64,000 nucleotides of DNA from Thermoplasmatota archaeon (GCA_025457885.1 JALOTN010000006.1:5635-69634); one strand, 5' to 3'; shown: positions 8,116 through 17,496, counted from the stretch's first letter. Notes: a model not told the origin generated them from the sequence alone. A program made the numbers and translations.

Positions 8116-10707
8116 ATGCTAAAGAACATCCGAGATGCCACCAGGTTTTTTCCTATCGGCATCCTGTTGACCAATGTGGTATGTGTTTTGTTTGTCCTGA
8201 CGGTTCTTTCTGGTGGTTTTGGATCTGTTATGATCTTTAGTCAGCAGCTACTCGCGGTTTTCCTGATGCTAGGGGTTTCATTGTGTAATGTACCCCTTCT
8301 TTTGATGCTGCGTCATCTTTCCAAACCATCGTTAGGCGCCCGCGTGATCCTTGTTGGGGTCTTCTTTTGGTTTTTTGGATTTCTGATCCTTATAGTATCA
8401 AAGACAAACCTTCTCTGGATCAGTAGTATTTCGATGATCCTCTCTGGGATTTTCCTCTGCCTTCAGGGGTTGGGTCGTCAGCGAAGCGACCTGCGTTTCC
8501 TCACCATTTCATCATTTTTATATGCTCTGGTGTTTCTTCTTCTACAAACCATCCCCTCCCTCTGGTCTGTGTATCAGCAAGGCTCCTTCATGGTGAGCCA
8601 TGCAGTTGGTTATCTCATCGGTTCTCCTCTCGCTTTAGGACCAACCACGAGTGGGGCAGGGATTTTCCTTTTAACTTGTGTGGTTCTCCTGGGTTGTTTC
8701 TTTGTCATAGGCAGGAAAACACGAAGGGATGTGCTCTGGTTTTGTTTCTGGATTGGCTTTTTATGTATTCTTTGGTTTGGGTATCTTCTCCTCCTGGGTC
8801 TACTGTCATATCCAGCATCTGATGCGTTGAACCTTCATCCGGTGTTGTTTCTTTTGTGTCTGATCCCTCTCTTTGTTTCCCTGCTATCCTCTCAAGACAG
8901 AATCATGATCTCAGGATCATCATTCATTCAAAAACACTCTCTTAGACCTCATCTCATGAATGGTGCGGTCTGGGCAGCTGTGTTTCTGTTCCTCTCCACC
9001 TTTCTGTTCACCTTGGTTCTTCCATCAGGATCCCTTCCAGTTGAACCGCAAAAAATCGTTTTCTATGGAGATCATATGGTGGGGACCTGGGATGTACCCG
9101 AATATGGGAAATACGGGAAGGATGCTGTCGGGATGTTCGGTCTTTGGCCGGTGACCCTCACCACCCTGGGGTATTCCACGGAGATTGTTGTAAAGGACCG
9201 CGGAAAATTTCTTAATACCACACAACCTTTGCTGCAGAACATCACCCGGTATCTGAACCTAACGGATTATACAGCCATCCAGGAGTCGTCCCAAGTCACC
9301 ACTTCGCTGCTTCAGGGCGCCTACGTTTTTGTCGTCTCCAACCTGAATGTCTCCTTTACCGAACAGGAACAATCCATCATCTGGGACTATGTGAGAGGCG
9401 GAGGCTCCTTGCTGGTCATCGGGGATCACACGAATGTTGGAGGCATGCAGGAGCCATTAAATGAGCTGCTTACCCCGGTAGGGATCCGATATCGGTTCGA
9501 CGCTGCACTCCCCCTGGATGAGAAATTCAAATGGCTCTCCTGCACACAGCTGCTACATCATCCCATCACAATGTCTCTTCTAAATCTTGATGAACTGCAA
9601 TATGGGGTCGGCGCCTCCCTTGATCTGTCATCCTCTGCCTTCCCCATCATCATCGGATCATCGGTCCTCTCAGATGAAGGGAACCGGTCCAATGCTGATA
9701 TCGCCTACCTTGGTGATTATGAATATAACAAGGGAGAACAACTAGGAGATGTGGTCCTAGTCGCTGGGGCGTTCTACGGTGATGGGAGGGTCCTGGTGTT
9801 TGGGGACACCTCTTCGTTCCAGAACCCTGCATTACCCTCATCCTATCGATTTGTTCAGACGTGTTTTTCCTGGCTCGCTCGTGAACAGACCGGGGTGTTC
9901 TTTTTGATTCAAACCGGTGCCTCCTTAGGGTTTCTCCTCAGTGCAATCCTCGTGTTCGTCTTCTTCAGGAAAAACTCGACATCATTCATCTGGTTCCCCG
10001 CTGTTCTGTGTATCTCCTTGATCCTCACGGTCATCCTCAATCCCCCCCTGGTCGCTCTCCCAAGGAATGATATGGGTTCTGTTGTGTACATCGATGCATC
10101 ACATACCGAACGATTCTCTCTTGAATCATTCACGGATGACTCCCTTAATGGCTTCCTGTTGAACCTGCAACGCAATAACCTTCACCCCCGCATCCTCAGA
10201 GAATTCAACATAGAAACCATCCAAGGAAGCAGCATGATTGTTTTTAACGCGCCAACCACCACGTTTACCTCTGATGAAATCAGGTTCCTCCAAACCTATA
10301 TGACTCAAGGGGGTGTCGTCCTGCTTGCCACAGGATTTGAGGATAAAACAGCCTCCCTTCCTCTTCTTTCATCCTTCGGGTTGGATGTCGAACCAACCCC
10401 GCTTGGTCCAGTCCCGTACGTTGAAGAGAACCTTTCCCTATATCAAAATGAACCACGGTTCGTGGACAGCTGGCCAATCACGTTCAATGGGAACCAAACC
10501 ACCTCCTATTATAACTTCACCTGGGATGATCTGACGTTCCACCTCGTCGTGTTCCAACCATACGGCGCAGGGGGGCTCCTACTTATCGGAGACAGCCAGT
10601 TCCTCCTCAACAAGAACCTGGAGTCCATCTACGATTACTGGCCGGGTAACATCCTGTTCATAAAATACCTCCTCGATGAATTACCATTACAGGAGAACTA
10701 CTCATGA
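8116..10707 (+). CDS. large polytopic membrane protein with two DUF4350/GldG-like (GATase1-like fold) extracytoplasmic domains; paralog of the next gene
   Basis: About 300 aa N-terminal multi-TM domain. First domain opens KIVFYGDH and contains GGGSLLVIGDHTNVGGM and GRVLVFGDTSSFQN. Two TM helices follow. Second domain opens VVYIDASH and contains GGVVLLATG and GGLLLIGDSQFLLN. The pattern (vlfDexH ... GGxllvxGD ... vvvfGDsxf) recalls DUF4350 / ABC_transp_aux. Likely start is ATG 8116; the tool ORF starts at 8044. Confidence 0.5.
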   Translation: MLKNIRDATRFFPIGILLTNVVCVLFVLTVLSGGFGSVMIFSQQLLAVFLMLGVSLCNVPLLLMLRHLSKPSLGARVILVGVFFWFFGFLILIVSKTNLLWISSISMILSGIFLCLQGLGRQRSDLRFLTISSFLYALVFLLLQTIPSLWSVYQQGSFMVSHAVGYLIGSPLALGPTTSGAGIFLLTCVVLLGCFFVIGRKTRRDVLWFCFWIGFLCILWFGYLLLLGLLSYPASDALNLHPVLFLLCLIPLFVSLLSSQDRIMISGSSFIQKHSLRPHLMNGAVWAAVFLFLSTFLFTLVLPSGSLPVEPQKIVFYGDHMVGTWDVPEYGKYGKDAVGMFGLWPVTLTTLGYSTEIVVKDRGKFLNTTQPLLQNITRYLNLTDYTAIQESSQVTTSLLQGAYVFVVSNLNVSFTEQEQSIIWDYVRGGGSLLVIGDHTNVGGMQEPLNELLTPVGIRYRFDAALPLDEKFKWLSCTQLLHHPITMSLLNLDELQYGVGASLDLSSSAFPIIIGSSVLSDEGNRSNADIAYLGDYEYNKGEQLGDVVLVAGAFYGDGRVLVFGDTSSFQNPALPSSYRFVQTCFSWLAREQTGVFFLIQTGASLGFLLSAILVFVFFRKNSTSFIWFPAVLCISLILTVILNPPLVALPRNDMGSVVYIDASHTERFSLESFTDDSLNGFLLNLQRNNLHPRILREFNIETIQGSSMIVFNAPTTTFTSDEIRFLQTYMTQGGVVLLATGFEDKTASLPLLSSFGLDVEPTPLGPVPYVEENLSLYQNEPRFVDSWPITFNGNQTTSYYNFTWDDLTFHLVVFQPYGAGGLLLIGDSQFLLNKNLESIYDYWPGNILFIKYLLDELPLQENYS

Positions 10708-13238
10708 GACGGATCCTCTGGCTTGGAGCATTCCTTCTCTCCTCGAGTTGGCTGTTCCTCATCCCCCAGTTCATCACCCCGAATCTCCCCGCTGGGCTGC
10801 TCTGCGTCCTCTTTGGGGTCCTCTGCTTCATCATAGGAATCTCATCAGTTGTGACACCACAACCAAACCTTCGATACCTTGTTCTCCTTTTCCCGCTCAC
10901 TATAGCAGCACTCCTAGTGCCCTTCCCCCACAATCTCGGAGTAATACTCCTTGGCCTTGGGCTTCTTTTTGTCTTGCTTTGTTACCGCTTCGAACGACTC
11001 CAAGCAATCCCCCTAGGTATTTCCCTTGCGGGGGTCCTACTCCTCCTGCAGACCCTGATCTTTCCTTTGTACGTCTCCCTTGCTTCCCATGGACATCGAG
11101 TAGACGTCCTTGCCTCAGTGATCTCCCCGATCGCGAATTTCCTTGGATTCCATACCTCGGCAACCAACGGGTTCCTCTTTGTTCAAACCCTCCAGACCAC
11201 CCCCTTCACCATCACCTGGGAGAGCCTTGGATGCCCCCTAGCCCTTAACCTCTTTCTTGCTGGGTTTTTCCTTCTCCTCCTCTTCTCCAAGACCAAACAA
11301 CAGATGCTGAAAAACACCATCATTTTTCTCATTGCAGGGACATCATACCTCCTCCTACGCTTCATCGCAATCCTCTCATTGTATCTTACGACTACAGAGC
11401 TGTCCGTGTTCTGGGACCCCTTGCTCACCACCCTTAGTTTCCTCCCCTTCAGCCTCCTTCTCATGAAACTAATCCCCCTGCAGAAACACGAAACAGTCAC
11501 CATACAAGCCCCATCGATAAAAATGACAAAAAAACACCTCGCAACCATGGTTCTTTTGATTCTTCTTGTCTCTTCATTGACTGCCGCATTCCTCTATCAT
11601 GACCCTGGGGTGAAAAAAACAGGTCGCGTCCTCATCGATGAATACCACAGCCAATGGGAAGACACCCTCCGACCTCTGGATACCGAATGGTACGGACTGC
11701 TCTCCACCTACAATTATTATTCCTGGGGGCGCTGGATATCCTATCATTATCCTGTGGAGACGAACACCAATGAGACCTTCACCACCTCACTCCTCAGTCA
11801 CTATGATATCCTCATCCTGAAATGCCCCACCGAAAGCTACACCACCCAAGAAATCCAAGCGATCAAAGACTTTGTTACCCATGGCGGAGGACTCTACCTC
11901 ATCGGGGATCATACCAACGTTTTCGGGATGAACACCTTCCTAAACCAAGTCTCTGAGGAGTTCGGGATCCGGTTCAAAACCGATGCCTCCTACGAGCTAG
12001 GCACAGGGGACCTCTCAGTCTACACCCCAGACCGATCCTATGCTCACCCCGTACTTCGTCAGGTCCCCCAGTTCGAATTCATGACCTCCTGCACCCTGGA
12101 GCCCACCTCTCTCTCCGCGTCCCTCCAAATGGAAAACATCATCATCGGCAACCGACTCATCAGCGAACCAGGCACCTATTCAACAGAGAATTTCTTCAGA
12201 GAATCCATCGCCTCCCCAGACTCCGAATACGGATACCTGCTCCAAGCTGCAGCGATCACGTACGGCGCAGGCCGTGTCGTAGCCTTCACCGACAGCACCG
12301 TATTTTCCAGCTTCTGTCTCTACACAGATGGATATCCTGCGTTCACCCTTGGCGCGTTGGAGTACCTGAATCGATCAAACTCACCAGCACCCCTATCAAC
12401 CATCCTTTTCGTCCTCGCCGTCGTCCTGTTCCTCCTCATCGCTTATCTCGTAAAAAATATCAACAAAACATTTCTCCTCTGGATGATCCTGTTTTCCGGA
12501 CTACTTGCGTTCTGCCTCACTGCCCCCCTCTGCTCATATCTCACAGACCTCTCCTATCAACCCACAGAAGCCGCTCTCGATTATCCCACGGTGGTCTTCG
12601 AACAGCAACATTCGACGGTCAACATCTCAGTTAAACCCACCGCATCACTAGGGGTTACCTCCACGAACTACGGGACGTTCTACATCTGGACCCAACGAGT
12701 CGGACTGGTCCCATCACTTGCGCCAACCCTCCATGATGCGACCACAAACGGTGATGTTATAATCCTGATTAACCCAACACGAGCTTTCACAGAAACAGAT
12801 GTGAAGCTCATCACCACCTACCTCGAACACGGCGGACGACTGCTCCTCATGGACAGCATCACAAATCCTGAATCCACTGCCAATGAACTACTTGGGAATT
12901 TTGGACTCTGGATCACCACCGAATCAACAAATAAACCACTTTACACCAATGAAACCGAGAACGGAAGTCTGACGCTCCAAGGTAATATCACCACCCCGTC
13001 GCTCACCATCACCGGCGGAACTCCCCTCCTCATCAGCAATGACAACAACACCTATGCAAGCATGGTTGAAATTACAAACCCAGACAACACCAAAGCACCA
13101 GGATACTTCGTTGTCATTGTCGACTCTGCATCGTTTTCTGATGCTCAGATGGGTGGCACCTTCACGGAACCAACAGATCAGCAACGCCAGATCTACAATA
13201 CCGAGTTTTTCCTTCTCAGAACGCTCTTGTCTTCATAA
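10704..13238 (+). CDS. large polytopic membrane protein with two DUF4350/GldG-like extracytoplasmic domains; paralog of the upstream gene
   Basis: Start ATG overlaps the upstream stop (ATGA at 10704-10707). N-terminal multi-TM domain shares the SPIANFLG..TSATNG...SLGC block with the upstream protein (SPLALG..TTSGAG...LLGC). Domain 1: RVLIDEYH ... GGGLYLIGDHTNVFGMN ... GRVVAFTDSTVFSSF. Two TM helices, then domain 2: VVFEQQH ... GGRLLLMDS. Confidence 0.5.
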   Translation: MRRILWLGAFLLSSSWLFLIPQFITPNLPAGLLCVLFGVLCFIIGISSVVTPQPNLRYLVLLFPLTIAALLVPFPHNLGVILLGLGLLFVLLCYRFERLQAIPLGISLAGVLLLLQTLIFPLYVSLASHGHRVDVLASVISPIANFLGFHTSATNGFLFVQTLQTTPFTITWESLGCPLALNLFLAGFFLLLLFSKTKQQMLKNTIIFLIAGTSYLLLRFIAILSLYLTTTELSVFWDPLLTTLSFLPFSLLLMKLIPLQKHETVTIQAPSIKMTKKHLATMVLLILLVSSLTAAFLYHDPGVKKTGRVLIDEYHSQWEDTLRPLDTEWYGLLSTYNYYSWGRWISYHYPVETNTNETFTTSLLSHYDILILKCPTESYTTQEIQAIKDFVTHGGGLYLIGDHTNVFGMNTFLNQVSEEFGIRFKTDASYELGTGDLSVYTPDRSYAHPVLRQVPQFEFMTSCTLEPTSLSASLQMENIIIGNRLISEPGTYSTENFFRESIASPDSEYGYLLQAAAITYGAGRVVAFTDSTVFSSFCLYTDGYPAFTLGALEYLNRSNSPAPLSTILFVLAVVLFLLIAYLVKNINKTFLLWMILFSGLLAFCLTAPLCSYLTDLSYQPTEAALDYPTVVFEQQHSTVNISVKPTASLGVTSTNYGTFYIWTQRVGLVPSLAPTLHDATTNGDVIILINPTRAFTETDVKLITTYLEHGGRLLLMDSITNPESTANELLGNFGLWITTESTNKPLYTNETENGSLTLQGNITTPSLTITGGTPLLISNDNNTYASMVEITNPDNTKAPGYFVVIVDSASFSDAQMGGTFTEPTDQQRQIYNTEFFLLRTLLSS

Positions 13239-13260
13239 AAAAACCCTTTTTTTTCTTTTG
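13239..13260 (+). terminator. oligo-T terminator after the tandem membrane-protein pair
   Basis: aaaaaaaccctttttttt then cttttg, immediately after the stop at 13236-13238. Confidence 0.35.
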
Positions 13261-13328
13261 ATTCGTCCTTATTATCCAGGATAAGCATTAAATACAGGAA
13301 CAACGATAAGTTTCTCGGGGAAAGAAAT

Positions 13329-13997
13329 ATGGAGAAAAAAACTCTCATCTTAACCGTATCGGCAGCTGCCCTCATCGTGTTTGCTTCGTTTAGCTCTGTG
13401 GTTGGCTTGACAAACGAACAATCATCAGAACAAACCAAATCACCATTGTTTGCGATTCGTACGCAACGGTCGATTCAAACAACACATGAACAAACTATAC
13501 AATCACAATACCTGGGGAAAGGGATAACCTCTCAGTTGTTCCGCTCACGACAACCATCGCTCGATAGCGCCTTGGATCGAGTAGTGAAACTGCTAAATAC
13601 GAATCCTGATTTTTTTGCAAAAATCCTAAAAACCATCACTTCAAATCCACAGGTACAATCTCTTTTGAAGAAACAAGGGATGACGATGGATGAATTTAGG
13701 ACCTATCTGAATCAACTTAAAAATGATCCATCCCTCTTCATTGAGCAGATCCGCCGTGCGGAACCAAAGTTCTCAGAACAACAGTTACAATCACCGGCTC
13801 CACTGAGTTTGAACACCACAAATCCCTTCGCGTGTGTCATCACTGCGATTGTCATGATCCCTGTTGTGCTGGTAATCGGTCTGATTGTCGTGTTATTCAC
13901 CTTACGTATCCTGCAATGTCTGAACTTTAATGAGGTCATGAATAACCTTATGGAACAGATCTTACAGGGTCTTACTCCTGGAGAGTACCTTCTCTAA
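13329..13997 (+). CDS. hypothetical secreted protein with a C-terminal membrane anchor
   Basis: Signal peptide LILTVSAAALIVFASFSSVVG. Polar Q/S-rich middle region. C-terminal hydrophobic helix ITAIVMIPVVLVIGLIVVLFTL. Confidence 0.4.
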   Translation: MEKKTLILTVSAAALIVFASFSSVVGLTNEQSSEQTKSPLFAIRTQRSIQTTHEQTIQSQYLGKGITSQLFRSRQPSLDSALDRVVKLLNTNPDFFAKILKTITSNPQVQSLLKKQGMTMDEFRTYLNQLKNDPSLFIEQIRRAEPKFSEQQLQSPAPLSLNTTNPFACVITAIVMIPVVLVIGLIVVLFTLRILQCLNFNEVMNNLMEQILQGLTPGEYLL

Positions 13998-14054
13998 TCA
14001 TTTTTCTCTTTCTTTTTATTTTTCCTGCGATATATTTATATAGATTTCCAGAGA

Positions 14055-15113
14055 ATGTGTACTAGTACGAATATGATTTCTCATTTGAAAACCATCCTTC
14101 ATTGTCTAGGGGTATTGCTCCTTTTAGTAATCGGGAGTGTGCCTCTTGAAGCCCAACCAGAAAAAACGGAATATGCCTCTTCTTCTCCTTCTTATGATAT
14201 GGTCATCCGAGAGGGGCTCTCTGCGATAGAACAGCAACAGAAAAGAGAAGCTGATGACTCCCAGCAGCTCTCATCGCTGGTAACCTGGTATACCACACAT
14301 CCACTCATCGAGTATGCAAGCTGCATTGAACGATCTATCACGGTGCGATTCATCGATGGTTCCTATGTAGTTCTCTTCGATCCCTTGTCTGGCACATCAG
14401 AATCCGTTATTGGTACGCAGTGGCCTTCGATTCATCAAAGATATCTGGGTCCTACAAACAAAACCGCTGTTATCCTTAACCCTGCTGAATCCATGTATGG
14501 TCATCATCAATGCCAGCGGATTATCACCACCTTGTTACAGAAGGATTATTCGATTGAATATCTCGCAAACCAGGCAGTGGATGTATCGTATATCAGAAAC
14601 AATCTGTCCGCATCAATCATCTACATGAACACCCATGCGGGGTACTTTGATATCGATGGGGATCTTTTAGCAGATGCTGTGGTCATCGCAACGGGTGAGC
14701 CTTGGACGAACGAAACAGAAATTAAATACGCTGAGGAGATTCAGAACCATCTGATTGTCAAAGGTATGGTTGGTGACCAGGGGTTTGTGACATTCACCCC
14801 AGCATTTATTGAACAATATTATTCAACAAACCCGTTCCCAGGTTCTCTGGTGTTCATGGCAACGTGTTATGCTTTGGCGGACAGTTCTATGGCACAAGCG
14901 TTCCTTAATACCGGTGCATCGGTTTACCTAGGCTGGTCTCAGAACACGGTGTTCTGGACCAATAGCAGGACCTCCGTGCAGGTGTTTCATCTTCTGGCTC
15001 TGGGTGTTCCTGTTCAGTTGATCTGTCGGATGATTCGCTCGGGAGGATTCTATAACTGGTTGTTCCATTCAAAACTCATGTATATCGGGGATGGTACCTA
15101 CACTATCCCGTAA
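14055..15113 (+). CDS. secreted protein, possible distant clan CD (caspase/gingipain-fold) cysteine-peptidase-like domain
   Basis: Signal peptide. A hydrophobic strand followed by His (IIYMNTHAGY) and a later hydrophobic strand followed by Cys (LVFMATCYALADS), in the order of a caspase-fold His/Cys dyad. Spacing (~82 aa) is longer than canonical, so the call is weak. Similar spacing occurs in the 21173 protein. Confidence 0.3.
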   Translation: MCTSTNMISHLKTILHCLGVLLLLVIGSVPLEAQPEKTEYASSSPSYDMVIREGLSAIEQQQKREADDSQQLSSLVTWYTTHPLIEYASCIERSITVRFIDGSYVVLFDPLSGTSESVIGTQWPSIHQRYLGPTNKTAVILNPAESMYGHHQCQRIITTLLQKDYSIEYLANQAVDVSYIRNNLSASIIYMNTHAGYFDIDGDLLADAVVIATGEPWTNETEIKYAEEIQNHLIVKGMVGDQGFVTFTPAFIEQYYSTNPFPGSLVFMATCYALADSSMAQAFLNTGASVYLGWSQNTVFWTNSRTSVQVFHLLALGVPVQLICRMIRSGGFYNWLFHSKLMYIGDGTYTIP

Positions 15114-15116
15114 GAA

Positions 15117-15141
15117 TTTTTTTTTTTTTTTTTTTTTTTTT
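15117..15141. repeat. T25 homopolymer filling the whole intergenic space between convergent genes (bidirectional oligo-T terminator)
   Basis: 25 consecutive T on the + strand, 3 nt after the 14055 gene stop. It overlaps the stop codon of the minus-strand creatininase-family gene. Confidence 0.9.
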
Positions 15142-15841
15142 ACCGTACCCAAAACATCGATCGCATAAGCATCTGAGCCTGCAATGGGAGATCTACTGGT
15201 TTTTTGCCTTCGATCATATCAAGGGTCGCCTGGGTGTAGGTATCAACGATCTGTTGGAAGAACCAGCGGCCATAATCACTATCAGCCCGTGCTGGGCTTC
15301 CGACATACCCCTCGGTTATTCCGATTTCTTTGAAGGTTTTACCTAAGACTCGGGGTGAATACAGATCCCGGTAGATGCTCTGGAGGTCTTTATAGGACGG
15401 GTCCACAAGGTAGGGATATTGATAGTTCATCAGGGAGGTTTCGCGGAAACAGGCATGGACTTCTTTTTTGGTATCAAAACCGACCTGTGGCTCTCGTTTC
15501 TCCACTTCTTTGTTGTAGAAATACGGTCCCCAGGGTTCGATGATTTTTATTGGTTTGTTCTTCATTGCTTTACTCATCGCACTGTAGATGGCTTTGAGAT
15601 GTCCAAGGTCCATGTGAAACGTACATATCACATAATATTTGAAACCGAATTTCGAAAGAGAACTGCAGATGTCAGTGATGATCATCTTGAGTGCTTTTAC
15701 TTGAACCGAGACTGTACCGGGGAAATCAGAGGCCATTTTTGTATATCCCAGGGGGATCGCTGGATAGAGGACACATGTCAGCTCAGGTTTCTTCTTCTTG
15801 ATTGTCCGGATTGTTTCCTTTGCGGTGTCACGTGCGGTCAA
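15140..15841 (-). CDS. creatininase-family amidohydrolase (possibly ArfB-like formamide hydrolase); true N-terminus lies upstream of the tool ORF
   Basis: The tool ORF starts at TTG 15841. The same frame stays open upstream to about 16002 and encodes KIIQLEELSWKQFDALDREKTIIFIPISPLEEHGPHLPVGTD, the creatininase-family metal-binding N-terminal motif. No ATG, GTG or TTG lies in that frame between the MetAP stop and 15841. Confidence 0.55.
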   Translation of the reverse strand: MTARDTAKETIRTIKKKKPELTCVLYPAIPLGYTKMASDFPGTVSVQVKALKMIITDICSSLSKFGFKYYVICTFHMDLGHLKAIYSAMSKAMKNKPIKIIEPWGPYFYNKEVEKREPQVGFDTKKEVHACFRETSLMNYQYPYLVDPSYKDLQSIYRDLYSPRVLGKTFKEIGITEGYVGSPARADSDYGRWFFQQIVDTYTQATLDMIEGKKPVDLPLQAQMLMRSMFWVR

Positions 15842-16002
15842 GAGATCAGTGCCGACGGGAAGATGAGGTCCATGTTCTTCTAAGGGACTTATCGGGATGA
15901 AGATGATGGTTTTCTCCCGGTCGAGTGCATCAAACTGCTTCCAGGAAAGCTCCTCGAGCTGTATGATTTTAAACTCGGTTTTGTTGTTGTTCTTCGCTGA
16001 TT

Positions 16003-16902
16003 TTATGTTATCACCTCACATCCATCTTCTCGTACGATGACGGTGTGTTCTTTCTGAGTGACCATCCCACCTTTTGCTTCAACAAGTTGCGGGTATTGTT
16101 TCACCACACCAAGGATCATGAGTTTTTTCATTGTCAGGTCGTCTTTTGGGAACAAGGTATGGTACCATCGTTGTGCAAACGGTAATGATCCAAAATTGTT
16201 CCGTATCTTCTCACAGACGAGTTTTGTCTTGTTATCTCGGATGAATTTTGCTTTCAAGGTATCTTTACAGAGGTAAATATTGCTGCCTTGGCTGGAGGTC
16301 ACATGTCCTGCCCCGTTTGTGGCAAATGGTTCTATGGCGATTACATCACCATCATGTAACGTACTTTTCCCACCAAGTGCACCGACATTAGGGATGGAGA
16401 CTCCTGAATGAAGCTCATAGCGTTTTAACCCATGACCCATGAGGTTCTCAATGGGTTTGAAGCCATAGGAGGTTATCGTGGACTCGATAGTCTTTCCCGC
16501 CTCAGAAAGAGGCAGCTGGGTGGTGAAGACATTGATTACTTTTGTTAAGGCTTCTTCTGATGCACGGATGAGGTCTGCATACTGGTGTGTCCCCAGTTCA
16601 ATGGTCACCGCGGTATCAGCGATATACCCATCCATATGGGCTCCGACATCGAGTTTCACCACATCCCCCTTTTGGAACATCCGGGGGTCATCATGGGTAG
16701 GACTATAATGGGCAGCTAAGGAGTTGAGAGCAATGTTGACGGGGAATGCCAATCCAGCATCATTTTTGAGGATACGATCTTCAACACATGATGCCACCTC
16801 GAGTAATCGTACCCCTGGTTTAAGGAGGGAGACCCCATAGTCACGGGCTTCTGCGGCGATCCTCCCTGCTTGTTTGTATTTTTCGTAAGTTGCATTATCC
16901 AT
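16003..16902 (-). CDS. map: methionine aminopeptidase, type 2 (archaeal)
   Basis: 299 aa. Pita-bread fold metal ligand blocks: FPVNIALNSLAAHYSP, DVGAHMDGYIADTA, HGLKRYELH, IAIEPFAT. Confidence 0.85.
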   Translation of the reverse strand: MDNATYEKYKQAGRIAAEARDYGVSLLKPGVRLLEVASCVEDRILKNDAGLAFPVNIALNSLAAHYSPTHDDPRMFQKGDVVKLDVGAHMDGYIADTAVTIELGTHQYADLIRASEEALTKVINVFTTQLPLSEAGKTIESTITSYGFKPIENLMGHGLKRYELHSGVSIPNVGALGGKSTLHDGDVIAIEPFATNGAGHVTSSQGSNIYLCKDTLKAKFIRDNKTKLVCEKIRNNFGSLPFAQRWYHTLFPKDDLTMKKLMILGVVKQYPQLVEAKGGMVTQKEHTVIVREDGCEVIT

Positions 16903-17491
16903 GTGCTATCACATCCAGAAGCTGTTTCCTACTAATAGAACCTTCGCGGAGCACCCGGGGTGACTTCCCTGAGAGGTCAATGATTGTTGATGCGATTTCT
17001 TGTCTTCGTCCATCGTGGATGCAGACGGGGAATGATGTTTTCAGCTGCTGAAGAATCTCTGTCACGAGGCTTGGTGTCTTCATCTGATGAAGATTCGCAC
17101 TTGTGACCGTCAACGGACCAAAACTGCTGAGAAGCTCTAAGGCGATCGGGTGACGCGGCACCCGGATTGCTATGGTATCAGACCCACTTGTCAGCAGAGC
17201 AGGGATTTTCGGTTTTTTTTTCAGGATAATAGTCAGTTTCCCTGGCAAGAACCTCTCGCAAATGATCCAAGATTGTTCATTCATCCAAGCGATAGATTCA
17301 ATCTCTTCGATGGAGGCGACAGCGACAGGTAAGGGAATCGAATACGGTCGGTGTTTCATCGCAAACACTTTCTTGACCGCTGCTTCATTGAAGATGTCTG
17401 CACCCAAGGCATAGAGGGTGTCGGTCGGATAAAGAATGAGCTCTCCGTGTTTCAGCGCTTGGATTGCATTGGAGATATCGTTTTTTTTCAT
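16895..17491 (-). CDS. tsaC: L-threonylcarbamoyladenylate synthase (YrdC/TsaC family, short form)
   Basis: 198 aa. YrdC signature LILYPTDTLYALGAD. Overlaps map by 8 nt. Confidence 0.7.
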   Translation of the reverse strand: MKKNDISNAIQALKHGELILYPTDTLYALGADIFNEAAVKKVFAMKHRPYSIPLPVAVASIEEIESIAWMNEQSWIICERFLPGKLTIILKKKPKIPALLTSGSDTIAIRVPRHPIALELLSSFGPLTVTSANLHQMKTPSLVTEILQQLKTSFPVCIHDGRRQEIASTIIDLSGKSPRVLREGSISRKQLLDVIAHG

Positions 17492-17496
17492 GCGTC

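Noticed and set aside
9390-9410. IWDYV in the first membrane protein as a possible WWDYG motif of AglB/STT3 oligosaccharyltransferase
   Set aside because: Single W, absent from the paralog, and the N-terminal membrane domain is too short and lacks the AglB DxD/DK motifs.
10676-11248. 190-aa proline-rich ORF in an alternative frame overlapping the junction of the two giant membrane-protein genes
   Set aside because: It lies entirely within the coding frames of the tandem pair. Its low-complexity Pro/Ser composition is typical of an off-frame read of a hydrophobic coding region, and it has no start context.
8044-13238. Hypothesis that the N-terminal multi-pass domains of the tandem membrane proteins are exosortase/archaeosortase-like (conserved LGC Cys, one Arg about 40 residues later in the second copy)
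   Set aside because: The first copy lacks the Arg. No secreted protein in the window ends in a PGF-CTERM/PEP-CTERM-type sorting signal. Archaeosortases are normally stand-alone proteins of about 300 aa. Kept only as a note.
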